Notes: generated from the sequence alone by a model not told the origin. Shown: positions 20,917 to 32,059, counted from the first letter of the stretch. The stretch is DNA of 64,000 nucleotides from a virus (IMGVR_UViG_3300010882_000012), one strand, 5' to 3'. Numbers and translations: made by a program.

Positions 20917-21109
20917 TAATAATCAATTAAATCTTTTCTTAAACAACCATATTTTCTCATCCATCCTTCAAGTGCTTTTTTAATATCCGCATTCATTGCT
21001 CTTTGAACCGGACAACCTATGCACATACCCAATCCTTTACAACCGGTACAATTACCATGACAACCACAACATCCAAACTTTTTATAATCTAGGGGATCTA
21101 TATTTAAAA

Positions 21110-21592
21110 TCATTTTATTATTCCAAAGTGTTTTCTAAGTTCGTTTAACTCTTCTGTATATGGCATCTTATTTTTATTTTTTAATATATTTGCATAATTT
21201 TTTGCACTTAATTTATCTTTAGGTTTGGAAACTTTTTCTCCAATCAATCCTTTTACATCTCTACCAACATGATAACCGTCACAAATTTTACAATAATATG
21301 CTACAAAATTAATACCATGTTTTTCAATCATTTTTAAAGCAGCCTTTTGTGCTTTCTTTAAAGTTTCAAATCTTTTCTTTTCTTTATTACCATGAAAATG
21401 ATCTTGAATTTGTTGTTTTGTACATTCTATTGTTTTATTGCCAATATCAAAAGTTTTTACATGAGATTTCTTTTTCTTAACCTTTCTCGGAATTTTATTA
21501 AATTCTTGTTCTTCTAACTTAACTTGTTCTTCAAAAGAAAAATTAAAAATAAAATTAAAAAATTGAAAAATATTATAAAAAAACTTTTTCAT
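21110..21592 (-). CDS. Protein with YxCxxCxGxHxG zinc motif
   Basis: KRFETLKKAQKAA...AYYCKICDGYHVG. Confidence 0.7.
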   Translation of the reverse strand: MKKFFYNIFQFFNFIFNFSFEEQVKLEEQEFNKIPRKVKKKKSHVKTFDIGNKTIECTKQQIQDHFHGNKEKKRFETLKKAQKAALKMIEKHGINFVAYYCKICDGYHVGRDVKGLIGEKVSKPKDKLSAKNYANILKNKNKMPYTEELNELRKHFGIIK

Positions 21593-22298
21593 ACTTTAAT
21601 CATCATCTTCCATTGCCATTCCAGAAAAAACAATCATTAACATAATAGACATTTTTTCTTTTTCAGGAATATCTAATTTTTCAACATCATCTGGCCATTG
21701 TATATCTACTGTTTCACCAGTACTAAGTTTTACTTTCCATGTTTTTAGTGGTTTTGTTTCTTCACTCATATTTTTTAATTTTTAATAATCATCATCCCAA
21801 TTACTACTACAACATAAATATCCATCTTTATTTGTAGCATAAGTACATTCTAAACAATATCCAGTACTTTCATATACTTTCTTAACTCTTGGTTTTGGAT
21901 ATCCAGAATAATATTCTAATCCAAATGGACAAATTTTATCTGAAACCCATAATTTTACTTTATCTCCATAAACATCTTGACCTCCTAAAATATCACTATT
22001 ATGTGGATGTAAGATACCTTCATGCCAAACTTTTTTCTCTTTCATTATTTTATTAATTCAAAACTCCAAAATCCATAAACTGCTTGCCATTCATAACTAT
22101 AGTCTCCACAAGCAATAGCTTTAGGACTTTGAATCTTACTATTATCAAGATTAATAGGTAATTTGAAACGTAATCTATCTTGATCATCTTTAATATAACA
22201 TTCTCTCCATTCTTCATTAATTTCATAAACTGTAAATATTACAGGATCTGAAACCATATGGTACACATTAATTTTGTCATTAAGTTCTAATTTTTCTT

Positions 22299-22655
22299 TC
22301 ATATTAATTCTTTTGTAATTTCTTTAATAATTTTTACATTTTTCAAAATAGGTTCACCATCACTACCAATTCCAATCTCTTCACCATCAATAAGATAAAT
22401 TTTACTTTTATCTTTTGGATTTACTTTATACCATTCTTCTGTTACTTGATTAATTAAACTTTCTAAAGTTTGTATTGCACCAATTTTTAATGGATTTGGA
22501 ATAATTATATGCCATTTTCCTTTTAATTGAACACCATAATAACAACTAACTCCTTTTTCTTCTCCAATTAAAACTTCTCCTCGATATATTCTACTTATAC
22601 CATCTATTGGAATTTTACCAATTCTAATATAAAACAAGCCCTGCCGATCTACCAT
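22299..22655 (-). CDS. Hypothetical phage protein
   Basis: YIRIGKIP...EKGVSCY...GSDGEPILKNV. Confidence 0.7.
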   Translation of the reverse strand: MVDRQGLFYIRIGKIPIDGISRIYRGEVLIGEEKGVSCYYGVQLKGKWHIIIPNPLKIGAIQTLESLINQVTEEWYKVNPKDKSKIYLIDGEEIGIGSDGEPILKNVKIIKEITKELI

Positions 22656-22867
22656 TTTTACAATTATATTTTACCATTCTTTTAATAAACTCTTCTTGTT
22701 CCTTTGTATTAAGAAATATAGACCAAATTCCACATCCGGATGCGACTAATAATGAAACTCCAAAAAGAATATCAAGTAAAAATATAGGAAAGAATATTTT
22801 ACTAATAAGACAAATTGCAATAATTGATATACTAATAAAAAATAAAATTTTTAATAACTTACGCATT

Positions 22868-23920
22868 TTATTCAAATTTAGCATTTTGTAAATTATGATT
22901 AAGATAAATTAAACAATTATTTACTAACCAATAATTATTAAAAATTCGTTGTCTATATTTATCTAATTTAAAATTTTCAATATTAAATCCTATATCATTT
23001 GTTAAATAAACTTCAATAGAATAATCATGGTTTTCATAATCAGGAACTGCTGGATAAACATCACCATCAAATTCATCTATTTCTTGATGACTACCTATTT
23101 GAACTTGTACTGCTTTAAAATTTTTAAAAATTCCAATATATTTTCCTCCTATTATAACTTTTTTACCTTTTAATATTTTTCTAAGTTTTTCTTTAATAGT
23201 ATTTAAATACTGAGGATTATATTTGTATATTTCAGAAACTAATAATTTGTCTTCTTCTGTTAATTCTATTGGAATTGGTGGCTTTTCAAATTCAAATTGA
23301 GGTTGTTTGCCCCATTTTGTACCAAAAGTTTTTTGACAATATTTATCACAAATTTTAATAACTTTAGCCCAATTTTCAACTCTTTGACTATCTTGATAAA
23401 TCCAATGATTTAATCTATGTTCAACACAAATAAATTCAGGTGATTTATATGTATTAAAAAATTCAATAGAATAATTTTCTAAAACAAATATTAAATCATC
23501 AAAATTAAATTCAGTACTTTCTTTTCCTTGATCCCAAATTGTTTCTTTATCTTCGTTTTTCTTTTTGGTTTTTGTGTTACAAACTAATCCATGAAATAGA
23601 TGTGTATCTAAATAATCAATTTCACCTTTTATTACTTTAATATACCATTCTAATTTCACTGAAATACGTTCTCTTTTTTGAGAATCTACAATAACATTCT
23701 TTTCTTTAAATTGAGACAACATTCCCATATTATAAAGTAAATTATTAATATTATCTTCCGGTTTAGTTAAAATTGTATATTCTTTTCCCGCCCAATTATA
23801 GACAAATTTACATTCTTGTTTTTGTTTTAAACAATAATTTAAAATCTTTTCAATATAATAAACAACATTACTACAATTTGGTGCAATTTTATTTGCTTGT
23901 TTTTCTGTAATTATTTTCAT
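22868..23920 (-). CDS. Hypothetical protein
   Basis: 350-aa ORF. Confidence 0.75.
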   Translation of the reverse strand: MKIITEKQANKIAPNCSNVVYYIEKILNYCLKQKQECKFVYNWAGKEYTILTKPEDNINNLLYNMGMLSQFKEKNVIVDSQKRERISVKLEWYIKVIKGEIDYLDTHLFHGLVCNTKTKKKNEDKETIWDQGKESTEFNFDDLIFVLENYSIEFFNTYKSPEFICVEHRLNHWIYQDSQRVENWAKVIKICDKYCQKTFGTKWGKQPQFEFEKPPIPIELTEEDKLLVSEIYKYNPQYLNTIKEKLRKILKGKKVIIGGKYIGIFKNFKAVQVQIGSHQEIDEFDGDVYPAVPDYENHDYSIEVYLTNDIGFNIENFKLDKYRQRIFNNYWLVNNCLIYLNHNLQNAKFE

Positions 23921-23922
23921 TT

Positions 23923-24243
23923 TTATAAATTTTGCTTCTTAATTCTTTCATATTGTTCAAATTCTCCTACTTTTAATGATCTTGATCCCGGACCTATTAT
24001 TGTTAAATAATTACAATCTTTCCATTCATTTGTTGTCGCCATAAAACCTCTTTTACAACAAATAGTAGGCGTACATCCTTCACAAACAGCAGGATTATGA
24101 TATTTTATAAAAGTTCTTACCATTATTTCACCATCTATCATATCAGCAAATCCCTTTATTCCAACTTCTTCAATTTCATAAGGTTGACTAACTATTTCTT
24201 GAAAAGTTTTACATTTTTGTAATTCTTCAAACTTTGTTTCCAT
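23923..24243 (-). CDS. Hypothetical protein
   Basis: 106-aa packed ORF. Confidence 0.65.
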   Translation of the reverse strand: METKFEELQKCKTFQEIVSQPYEIEEVGIKGFADMIDGEIMVRTFIKYHNPAVCEGCTPTICCKRGFMATTNEWKDCNYLTIIGPGSRSLKVGEFEQYERIKKQNL

Positions 24244-24766
24244 TTTCTAAATATTTTTTCCATTTATTTAAAAATTCTACTCTTAGTTTAAACCATTCTG
24301 TTTTCCACCAAGCACCCAAATCCTTCTTTCCATTTTTACAATTCATACCATTTTGCCACCAATAATTTGTTTTCATTCCAAAATCTAAACATTTTGTACA
24401 CTCTTCACTATACTTTTTTAAATAACTATTAGTAGGACAATAACTACAATCTACAGAATCATCTGTTAAAATTCCATTATGTAAATATACAACTTTTTCA
24501 CTTTCATTTTCCCCATTATCTTGTAAAGATTCTAACAATTTATACTTTTTTATTATAAATTGCTTTATTTCTTTCATACAAGAATGATATAAACTTTTAT
24601 CTTTTAAAATTTCTAAACAATATTTAATAAGATAATCACCAATACCTCCTGTATAAAAAGTAGCTTTACCTCTCATATAATCGGGTAATTTTCGAGTATC
24701 TTCTTTTGTTATTTGAATCATTTCAAGAGTCCAGTCGATAAAAGCATTAAGATCTTTATTTTTCAT
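24227..24766 (-). CDS. Hypothetical protein, paralogue of 27163..27534
   Basis: Both start xLxxxID(W/F)xLxxI and end WFKxRxEFLxxWKKxLEN. Confidence 0.7.
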   Translation of the reverse strand: MKNKDLNAFIDWTLEMIQITKEDTRKLPDYMRGKATFYTGGIGDYLIKYCLEILKDKSLYHSCMKEIKQFIIKKYKLLESLQDNGENESEKVVYLHNGILTDDSVDCSYCPTNSYLKKYSEECTKCLDFGMKTNYWWQNGMNCKNGKKDLGAWWKTEWFKLRVEFLNKWKKYLENGNKV

Positions 24767-24768
24767 TT

Positions 24769-25221
24769 TTAAAATTTCATAAATTGTTCTGCACCAGGAC
24801 TAATATAAATTACTTCATTATCTTTTGCTGATGTGCCAAGAGGAACTGAATCATGTGGAATATTTGGTAAAAGTATCATAATTTTATAAACTCTTTCTTC
24901 ATAAAATTTAACACTTTCTTTTTTCCATTCTATTATTTCATCATATAATCCTATAAATTTTTTAATTATAGTAATATAAGATATTTCTTCATGTAATTTA
25001 TCTTTTTTCTTATATAATTTTCCCAATTCAGTAGTACTTTCATTTTTTAAAGATTGATAAAACTCTAAAAGTTGTTTATATTCTCTTAACATTTTATCAT
25101 TCCACAATAAATTTTCAATAGTTTCTTCGACTGTATATCCATAAAGACCTTCAAAATTTTTAACCTTTAAACGTTCTATAATAAATTTAGGATCTTCTCT
25201 TATAGTTTTAATTTGTAACAT
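24769..25221 (-). CDS. Stand-alone seryl-tRNA synthetase N-terminal (tRNA-binding coiled-coil) domain
   Basis: MLQIKTIREDPKFIIERLKVKNF...LPNIPHDSVPLGTSAKDNEVI, then stop; no class II catalytic motifs. Confidence 0.8.
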   Translation of the reverse strand: MLQIKTIREDPKFIIERLKVKNFEGLYGYTVEETIENLLWNDKMLREYKQLLEFYQSLKNESTTELGKLYKKKDKLHEEISYITIIKKFIGLYDEIIEWKKESVKFYEERVYKIMILLPNIPHDSVPLGTSAKDNEVIYISPGAEQFMKF

Positions 25222-25222
25222 T

Positions 25223-25540
25223 TTATAAAATTTCTTCTTTAATAACTTTCAAATATTTTTCCTCTTCTTTTTCTTGATTTTCTTTAGTTTCTTTAAGTTC
25301 TACAAAAATTACATCAAGATTATCTTTTCTATAATATTTTCTACAAACTGTATTATCACAACTTCCACTTTCTGTTCTATTTAAAAAACATTTTTCTGTT
25401 GGTTCTCCCGCTATCCATAATTTTCCACTACAAAAACTATTCCATGGATTTTCAACACATTGAACTCTAACTCCATTGACTTTTATAATTTCATTAAGTT
25501 CTAATTCTCCCACACCTGTTTCAAAAGTAAATCTTTTCAT
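25223..25540 (-). CDS. Cys-cluster hypothetical protein
   Basis: C...C...C..xRKDNLDVIF, similar to 54791..54985 and 56674..57090. Confidence 0.65.
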   Translation of the reverse strand: MKRFTFETGVGELELNEIIKVNGVRVQCVENPWNSFCSGKLWIAGEPTEKCFLNRTESGSCDNTVCRKYYRKDNLDVIFVELKETKENQEKEEEKYLKVIKEEIL

Positions 25541-25714
25541 TTTCCTATCTTAAAAAATTTTAAAATATAATACAACCATTTGAATGGCCAATCGAATTCT
25601 ACATAACTTTTTGTAAATTCTAAACGTAAAACATTTTCATGCCTAGATTTTAAACATTCTAAACAATAATCTACTTTTTCAAAATACTCTCCATATTTAA
25701 GTGGCGTTCCTTCT

Positions 25715-26038
25715 TTATTCATATTGATTAAGTGGTTTATTATTAATTTTAGATTTTGTTTGTTCCCATTCATCTTCCCAACAAATCATATACTGTGCAA
25801 TATCTCCACCCAAATCAGCTCTATATTTTGATCTCCATCCAAATTTAATTTTTGGTAGTTTATTAAGTTCTTTTAATGGAATTTTAGCATGTCCCATTGC
25901 ATGAAAAAATTCAAGATAAAGTTGCAAATCATCAAATAAAAGTTTATCATTTTCTATATGAAATTTTTTACTTGTTATATTAAAATTTACATTTTCTACT
26001 TTCTTTGTGATTTTTTCAATTACTTTATTCATTATCAT
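25715..26038 (-). CDS. Hypothetical protein
   Basis: 107-aa packed ORF. Confidence 0.6.
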   Translation of the reverse strand: MIMNKVIEKITKKVENVNFNITSKKFHIENDKLLFDDLQLYLEFFHAMGHAKIPLKELNKLPKIKFGWRSKYRADLGGDIAQYMICWEDEWEQTKSKINNKPLNQYE

Positions 26039-26229
26039 ATTTAGTTATCCATTTAATATCTAAAAACATAAAATTCCTAATGTAATTGAAAATATCATTC
26101 CAATATGTAAAACCATTCGTCCTGTTTTTAACATATCAAAATTAAATAAAATTTCTGGAATAACTAACCATGTTAATATTGTATAAATACTAATAAGCCA
26201 CCATCTATTTTTAAGGATAAATTTTTCCA

Positions 26230-26607
26230 TTATTTTTTCTTCCACCCCATTTCTTTTGTATATTGACTTTCAAATTCTCTTAAATCTTCTTCAGCTTTTT
26301 CTACATTTTTTGTTAGATGTTCTCTTTTAGAATCTATCCAACTTTTTCTTTTCTTAATAGCATCTCCTTCATTTAAAAACCAAACTTTACCTTGTGTAGT
26401 CCAAATATTTTCATTTTTACCCAAACCTATTACCATCCAAGCATCGCTTCCGTTTCTAGGCCAAAATCTTACTGTATCAAAATCTTTTATCAAACTATTT
26501 GGATTTCCTTTTTCACCTATTTGATTTTCTTTAATTGTTAATGTATTCCAATCTAATTCCCAAATTACATCTCCAATTTCTAAATCTTGTGCTACTTTCT
26601 TTTTCAT
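26230..26607 (-). CDS. Hypothetical protein
   Basis: DLEIGDVIW start and C-terminal coiled coil, similar layout to 61438..61887. Confidence 0.65.
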   Translation of the reverse strand: MKKKVAQDLEIGDVIWELDWNTLTIKENQIGEKGNPNSLIKDFDTVRFWPRNGSDAWMVIGLGKNENIWTTQGKVWFLNEGDAIKKRKSWIDSKREHLTKNVEKAEEDLREFESQYTKEMGWKKK

Positions 26608-26842
26608 ATCTTTAATATTTTCTATTTGTTCTATAATTTCTTATATCTCCTCCAGCATGTTCACATCTTATTTCACAAGAGCTACAAAATTCATCACTTA
26701 CAAAATTTTGTACATATTTACAATAATACTTCATTTCATCACAAAAAGATTTCTTTGGAATCCAATAAGCATCTATTGCTTCTTGTAATTTTTCATCACA
26801 AAATCGTGAATTTGTTGTTTTTAAATCTTGATTCATTAGTTT

Positions 26843-27190
26843 TCATCTTTTTTTTATCCATCCTAATGGTTTTCCAAGAATAAACCATCTCCAATCAATA
26901 AGATGTATAATAAATTTCTTAAATGGAAATATTGGTATTTCATCTGGCAAATATCTATTACTACTTTCTGATAAAAATGCTTCTACCCATTCATAATAAC
27001 TAAATACACGTTTAAATTTAAAAACATATATTAAATAAATTATAGTTGTAAACAACCAAATAATTCCAAATACAATACTGTCAAGTATTCCAAGAAAAAA
27101 TAACCAAATTAAGTAAATTAACTTAAAAATAGGATCAATAATAGGTTTCATAATATAATAATTTAATTTTCTAATAATTCTTTTTTCCAA
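26843..27190 (-). CDS. Membrane protein
   Basis: Long hydrophobic segment. Confidence 0.65.
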   Translation of the reverse strand: MEKRIIRKLNYYIMKPIIDPIFKLIYLIWLFFLGILDSIVFGIIWLFTTIIYLIYVFKFKRVFSYYEWVEAFLSESSNRYLPDEIPIFPFKKFIIHLIDWRWFILGKPLGWIKKR

Positions 27191-27534
27191 TTTTCTAAAA
27201 ATTCAATCCGAGGTTTAAACCATTTTTCTAATGAAATCATTTTTAATTTTCCAGTCGTTTTATCTCTAATAGTACCTTCTAACCATCCATAACTATCATT
27301 AAGTGGTTTACCCATTATTTTATAATAATATGTTTTAAATTGTCTATGAATATAGATATTTTCTTCTACTTCATCCTTTAAAATTTCTTCAACATATCTT
27401 TTAAAGAATAAACAAATACTGGGGCCTGAAATTCTAGATTTATTTGCTACGTAATAAGTACCATAATCTTGATCTTGAATTTTTTTAATTTCATCTAATG
27501 CAAAATCAATCGCTTCAATAAGTTTTTTATTCAT
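27163..27534 (-). CDS. Hypothetical protein, paralogue of 24227..24766
   Basis: Shared N- and C-terminal motifs. Confidence 0.7.
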   Translation of the reverse strand: MNKKLIEAIDFALDEIKKIQDQDYGTYYVANKSRISGPSICLFFKRYVEEILKDEVEENIYIHRQFKTYYYKIMGKPLNDSYGWLEGTIRDKTTGKLKMISLEKWFKPRIEFLENWKKELLEN

Positions 27535-28063
27535 ATAATTTAATTTTTAAAAATATTCAGGATGTGTACTGCCATAAAATTCATATTCAGTAGATGTATA
27601 TCTTTTACTTTTATATTGGCTTCTTATTTTGTTTTCAAGTTCTTGCATTTCTTTTTTCTTTTTCCTTTCTTTTTCTATTAAACAATTATCTTGAACCCCT
27701 TCGCTAATATTTAAAAAACTTTCAAATTCCCAATCTTTCATAATCTTTCACTATTTAATGGATGTAAAAATTCTTCAACAGGTCTATTATATGATTCTCT
27801 CATATGATAGTTTCCATCTCTGTGAAATTCATTACATTTTTCATTACTTATTATTTTTAAATCGTTTAAGTGGGTAATCACAACTTGCCCATGCAAAATC
27901 ACTTAAATTTTTTATTTCTACATCTGAACTTAATCTACAACCATCTGTTATTTTCATACCAGTTCTTCTCGGCGCAAAACGAATATAATCTTGTATAAAG
28001 ACTTTTCCGTTTTCAATATCTAATTTCCATTTTACTAAATTATTATATTGTATTGCCATAATT

Positions 28064-28711
28064 TTACCAAATAAAAATAAACAATAAACAAAAACAAACT
28101 ACTTCCATGAAAAATATCCAAGCTGAATCATTAGTGTCAAGCGCGGTATTTTTATTATAAACTCCTGGAATATTCAAACCAATTGCAATCATTAATGGAT
28201 AAAAGAAAATAACACTTAACCATCCATACTTATTCATTATACAAATATAAACAGTACTTAAAATTATTGCCATTATACTGCAAACAAAATGAATAAACTT
28301 TGCTGATCCATTTTTAGGATTAAAAGCTTTTAACATACTTTTTATCTTTTGCCAAAATGGTAACAATATTACTTCTTCTATATCTTCAACTTCATTACAA
28401 CCTTCACATTTACAACCTCCTTTATATCTACAACTGACTCCTGTAAATAATAATCCAAACATTACTAATAATGGAATCCAACATAAATATCCTGGCGCTA
28501 ACATAAACCAATAAATTCCTAATGGAACTGCAACCATTGTACACCAAGCTGAAAAAAGCCAATCTATTTTCTCTGGTAATAAATAAAAAGTTTCACTTAA
28601 ACTCACAGGAACACCATACTTAAACACAATAAAAATTATGTAAGCAATACAACAAATAAATGAAATAATCGGTAGTGCTATCATATCTCTTAACTTATTA
28701 AAGTTTGCCAA
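28064..28711 (-). CDS. Multi-pass membrane protein
   Basis: About 6 hydrophobic helices; GVPVSLSETFYLL. Confidence 0.8.
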   Translation of the reverse strand: MANFNKLRDMIALPIISFICCIAYIIFIVFKYGVPVSLSETFYLLPEKIDWLFSAWCTMVAVPLGIYWFMLAPGYLCWIPLLVMFGLLFTGVSCRYKGGCKCEGCNEVEDIEEVILLPFWQKIKSMLKAFNPKNGSAKFIHFVCSIMAIILSTVYICIMNKYGWLSVIFFYPLMIAIGLNIPGVYNKNTALDTNDSAWIFFMEVVCFCLLFIFIW

Positions 28712-29527
28712 TAATAAATTTCTAAATTAGTAGGATCTATTGCATTATAATTACCATGTTTTTGCGAATATTGATTTTCATAATAGATGGTTTTAAGATT
28801 AACCAATCCACTATCATTTATTGAAGCAATCTCACATTCTTGGCAATTATATCTGGCAAACATACCAACCTTAATTTCTTCACCCTTTTGTACAACTCTT
28901 TTAACTTTATTTTCCATATTTCTTAAAATTATTTATGTTCTTTTTTCCTATAAAACACATATTTCTTTTTTAGTCTGATTCAACTTTATAAATACAACTC
29001 AACTCTGTCATTATATCTTCTATACTTAATAACAATTTTGTATTCACTGCCAATAATTCTGGTCTTTGAAAAGCTTCTTCAATAAAAGCTTCTCTTGCTT
29101 CATTTAATAAATCTTGTACTTTTTGCATATTATCCTCCTATTCCCTCCCACATTTTCATACCATCTCTAAAACCTAAATTATAAATAAATTCTGTAAATT
29201 CACTTAAAGAATCTGCAAATAATTTATCAGTTTTCTTGTTTTTGGGTTTTGGAACAAATAATTCTGTTAATCCCATTACTAAGAGTCCAAAATATTCTTT
29301 GTCCTCTTTTGACATTTTAATTTCAGTTTTTATATTCATATTCTTTATTTAGTTTTTTCAATTAATACATAACAATAATGTAAACAATTTAACAGTGTAC
29401 TTATACCGCCGCTACTTATTTTAACTATTTCCCAATCATCATTTAATCTTCTTTCAAGTTCACAAGTATTATTACCTTTTACTAATATAAGTTCTTGTTT
29501 TTTCATTTAATTTTTCTTTTTTCTTTT

Positions 29528-29866
29528 TTATATCATTTCAATCGGTCTCCATTCTATAATCTCGTCTGTAACTTCATCTTTTCCCTCAGGTGCTTTGTCT
29601 ATAAAGAACTTATATTTGTTCTCCGGATTATTTTTTGAACCATACCCTGTATAAACATAACCATTAAAATTCTTTAATAAAACTAATTTATGCGGCTCCG
29701 GACGTTTATAATTTATACTAATCCATTCTAGAGCATATTCTATACCATTTTTAAATGAGAATTTTGCAATATCATATTCTTTAAATCCTTCTGCATATTC
29801 AGATGCTGCTACATTAATAGTTTTTAACTCTTTTAATAAAAGATCCGGACGTATCATTATTTCCAT
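29528..29866 (-). CDS. DUF551-like protein
   Basis: WISINYKRPE...VLL...IIEWRPI. Confidence 0.55.
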   Translation of the reverse strand: MEIMIRPDLLLKELKTINVAASEYAEGFKEYDIAKFSFKNGIEYALEWISINYKRPEPHKLVLLKNFNGYVYTGYGSKNNPENKYKFFIDKAPEGKDEVTDEIIEWRPIEMI

Positions 29867-29932
29867 TTTTAATTTTTCTTTAATATTTCTGGATAATCTC
29901 TAACCTGTTCTGCTTGTTTGTGTATGATATTG

Positions 29933-30181
29933 CTAAGTATTTCTAAGTGTTTTTTGTTGTTGAGTTGGAATATCATAATGACCCATTGCATCAACTTCAA
30001 TTGGGTTTCCTTCTTTTGAGTCTGTAATATAGTAGCCTTCATGTAAGTTGTCAACTATCTGCAATCTAAAGTCATCAAACTCAATTTCATTTGCTTCACC
30101 GATATATCCATATTCTTTATGCCAAATATGAACCATTGGTATTGATATCTTGTTTAGTTTTGGTCTAAATCCGGTTTTCAT
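29933..30181 (-). CDS. Hypothetical protein (start corrected to MKTGF)
   Basis: GYIGEANEIEFDDFRLQI, similar to YLGAVNSLQFFDFCLQI in 47798..48229. Confidence 0.6.
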   Translation of the reverse strand: MKTGFRPKLNKISIPMVHIWHKEYGYIGEANEIEFDDFRLQIVDNLHEGYYITDSKEGNPIEVDAMGHYDIPTQQQKTLRNT

Positions 30182-30388
30182 ATTGTTATAATTTAAAAAA
30201 TTGACAAATAAAAAAGAAAATTCACTAATAACATACAAACAGTCATTAAAATTGTGATAAAGATTCCGACTGATGTGGCAGATATTATTAAAGCACAACT
30301 TATAATGAATAGTAAAATGGCGGTTAGTACATTAAATAGAATAGCAATAAAGTTTCGTTTTAAAAAGTTTTTCATATTTTTTTAATTA

Positions 30389-31024
30389 TTATTTTTTTGT
30401 TTTATATTTTAATCCTCTACCGAATTTAAAATTCTCATCCACAATCATAAATATTTTTTCATTCAGTATAGCAAATTTCTTTATCATCTTAATTTTTTCA
30501 AACCATTCAATATATTCTTTCATTTCTATATTGTATCTTTCCCATCCCATTTCACAAGTACTGTTTCGAGGAGGTAATGGTTTTTTTAATTTATAACTCG
30601 GTATTATTTCTATTAAGTATTCATCTACCCACTCTTTACTTTTTATTTGAGCCCAATACTTAATTTTGTGTTTTTCTATTTCTTTATTTATAGGATTATT
30701 CCATTCTATCTCATATAATTCTATTCCCCACTTTTCTATAGTTTTACTTTCATCACAAAATTTTATCCATATTTTATCCCATGTATTTGTATAATATGGT
30801 TTTTCTTTATTAACATATTTTTTTATGTTTTTTAATTTATATGTTCCTTCCTTAAATGTACTTCCTCCGGGTTTTAAAAATTTATCATTATATGGACTTT
30901 GTCTCCATTTTACTTTTTGTTTAATACCGGTATGATCTCCCCATTTTCTTTTAGGTATTTTGGAAATTGTATCATCTTTAATAGGATATTTTCTAGGTCT
31001 ACCTCTTTTTCTTTTCTCTTCCAT
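30389..31024 (-). CDS. T4 gp4 / TnsA-N-like head-completion nuclease homologue, degenerate, with N-terminal AT-hook
   Basis: KRKRGRPRKYP; YYTNTWD...FCD...KWGIE...IEIIP aligns by eye with the gp4 pattern YRSSWE...WCD...WxSE...IEIKP; preceded by GAATAAATA. Confidence 0.65.
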   Translation of the reverse strand: MEEKRKRGRPRKYPIKDDTISKIPKRKWGDHTGIKQKVKWRQSPYNDKFLKPGGSTFKEGTYKLKNIKKYVNKEKPYYTNTWDKIWIKFCDESKTIEKWGIELYEIEWNNPINKEIEKHKIKYWAQIKSKEWVDEYLIEIIPSYKLKKPLPPRNSTCEMGWERYNIEMKEYIEWFEKIKMIKKFAILNEKIFMIVDENFKFGRGLKYKTKK

Positions 31025-31409
31025 TTAGATTAGTAAGGCATTTTTATTTTATTTATTCAAAAAGTTTCATGTTTTGGTAGGAATTGGAAATTACATGTAT
31101 TTTATGGTAGTATTTTGAGGGTATTTTGGAAAAAATCGGAGATTTTTGGAAAGTTATGGAAGAAGAGTAAAAGTATTTAGTTACTATAAGATTATTATAA
31201 GAATAAGTTTAAATTTAGTATTTTTACTGTAATGTAAAACCTTAAAACCTACATCATAAAATTCTGCAGACACTTAGTAAATTCTATAAAAACCTAGTTA
31301 AACAGGCTCGTTTTGACGAAAATTTTTAGGTCTCTATTCTAACTATCTCACACTAAGCGCTTTACACATCCTATCTACTTGGTTTGCTAGGTTTTTGCAA
31401 AAAATTAAC

Positions 31410-31450
31410 AAATTGTTAGTATTTTCTTGCAAATTGTTAGTAACTTTTTT
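31410..31450 (+). repeat. Two tandem copies of the promoter upstream box on the opposite strand
   Basis: AAATTGTTAGTATTTT and AAATTGTTAGTAACTTTTTT, 21 bp apart, with no canonical -7 box. Confidence 0.75.
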
Positions 31451-31667
31451 ACTAAATTTTTACAAATCTTTCTAACTCACTTTTGCAAATTTTTTAATAT
31501 CACCCTGGTCCAAAACTCCCGTCACTTCGTATCTTTCTGCTAATATTTTGCAATTCTTTTACAATTTCTTTTCCAAGTTCAGTTATCTTATCATTTTGTT
31601 TTTCAATCAATCTTTTGATTTCTAAAAGTGTACCGTACTCTATACTACTCATATTAAATCTCTTTTG

Positions 31668-31988
31668 TTATAATAAAACTCCTGTATTCTTTTCCCAAGC
31701 TTCATCTCCGCATCCTTCATTAAGTACTTCTTCAATTTCTCTCAGTGCTTGCATAAACTTTTCACCTGCTTCAATTGTTCCTTCTTGCTCTCTTCCATTG
31801 TGTTCCATTTCTCCTCTAACACCTCCTCCTAAATAATTTCTGTAAGCACCAAATTTTCCAACCGGTGCATTCATCAATTCTCCTCTACAGTACAAACTCC
31901 AAGATTTAGTTTCATCTAAAATTACACTTCCTTCTGGTAATCCTAATTCAGATTCTAAGTTGTCAATAATTTCTTCAATACTTTCCAT
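31668..31988 (-). CDS. Hypothetical protein (probable start MESIE)
   Basis: FGAYRNYLGGGVRG motif. Confidence 0.7.
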   Translation of the reverse strand: MESIEEIIDNLESELGLPEGSVILDETKSWSLYCRGELMNAPVGKFGAYRNYLGGGVRGEMEHNGREQEGTIEAGEKFMQALREIEEVLNEGCGDEAWEKNTGVLL

Positions 31989-32059
31989 ACTATAATTTTT
32001 TAAATGAATACACAATTTCCCATTTTAACCATAAAAATATCTTCACTTAATAATTCTTT

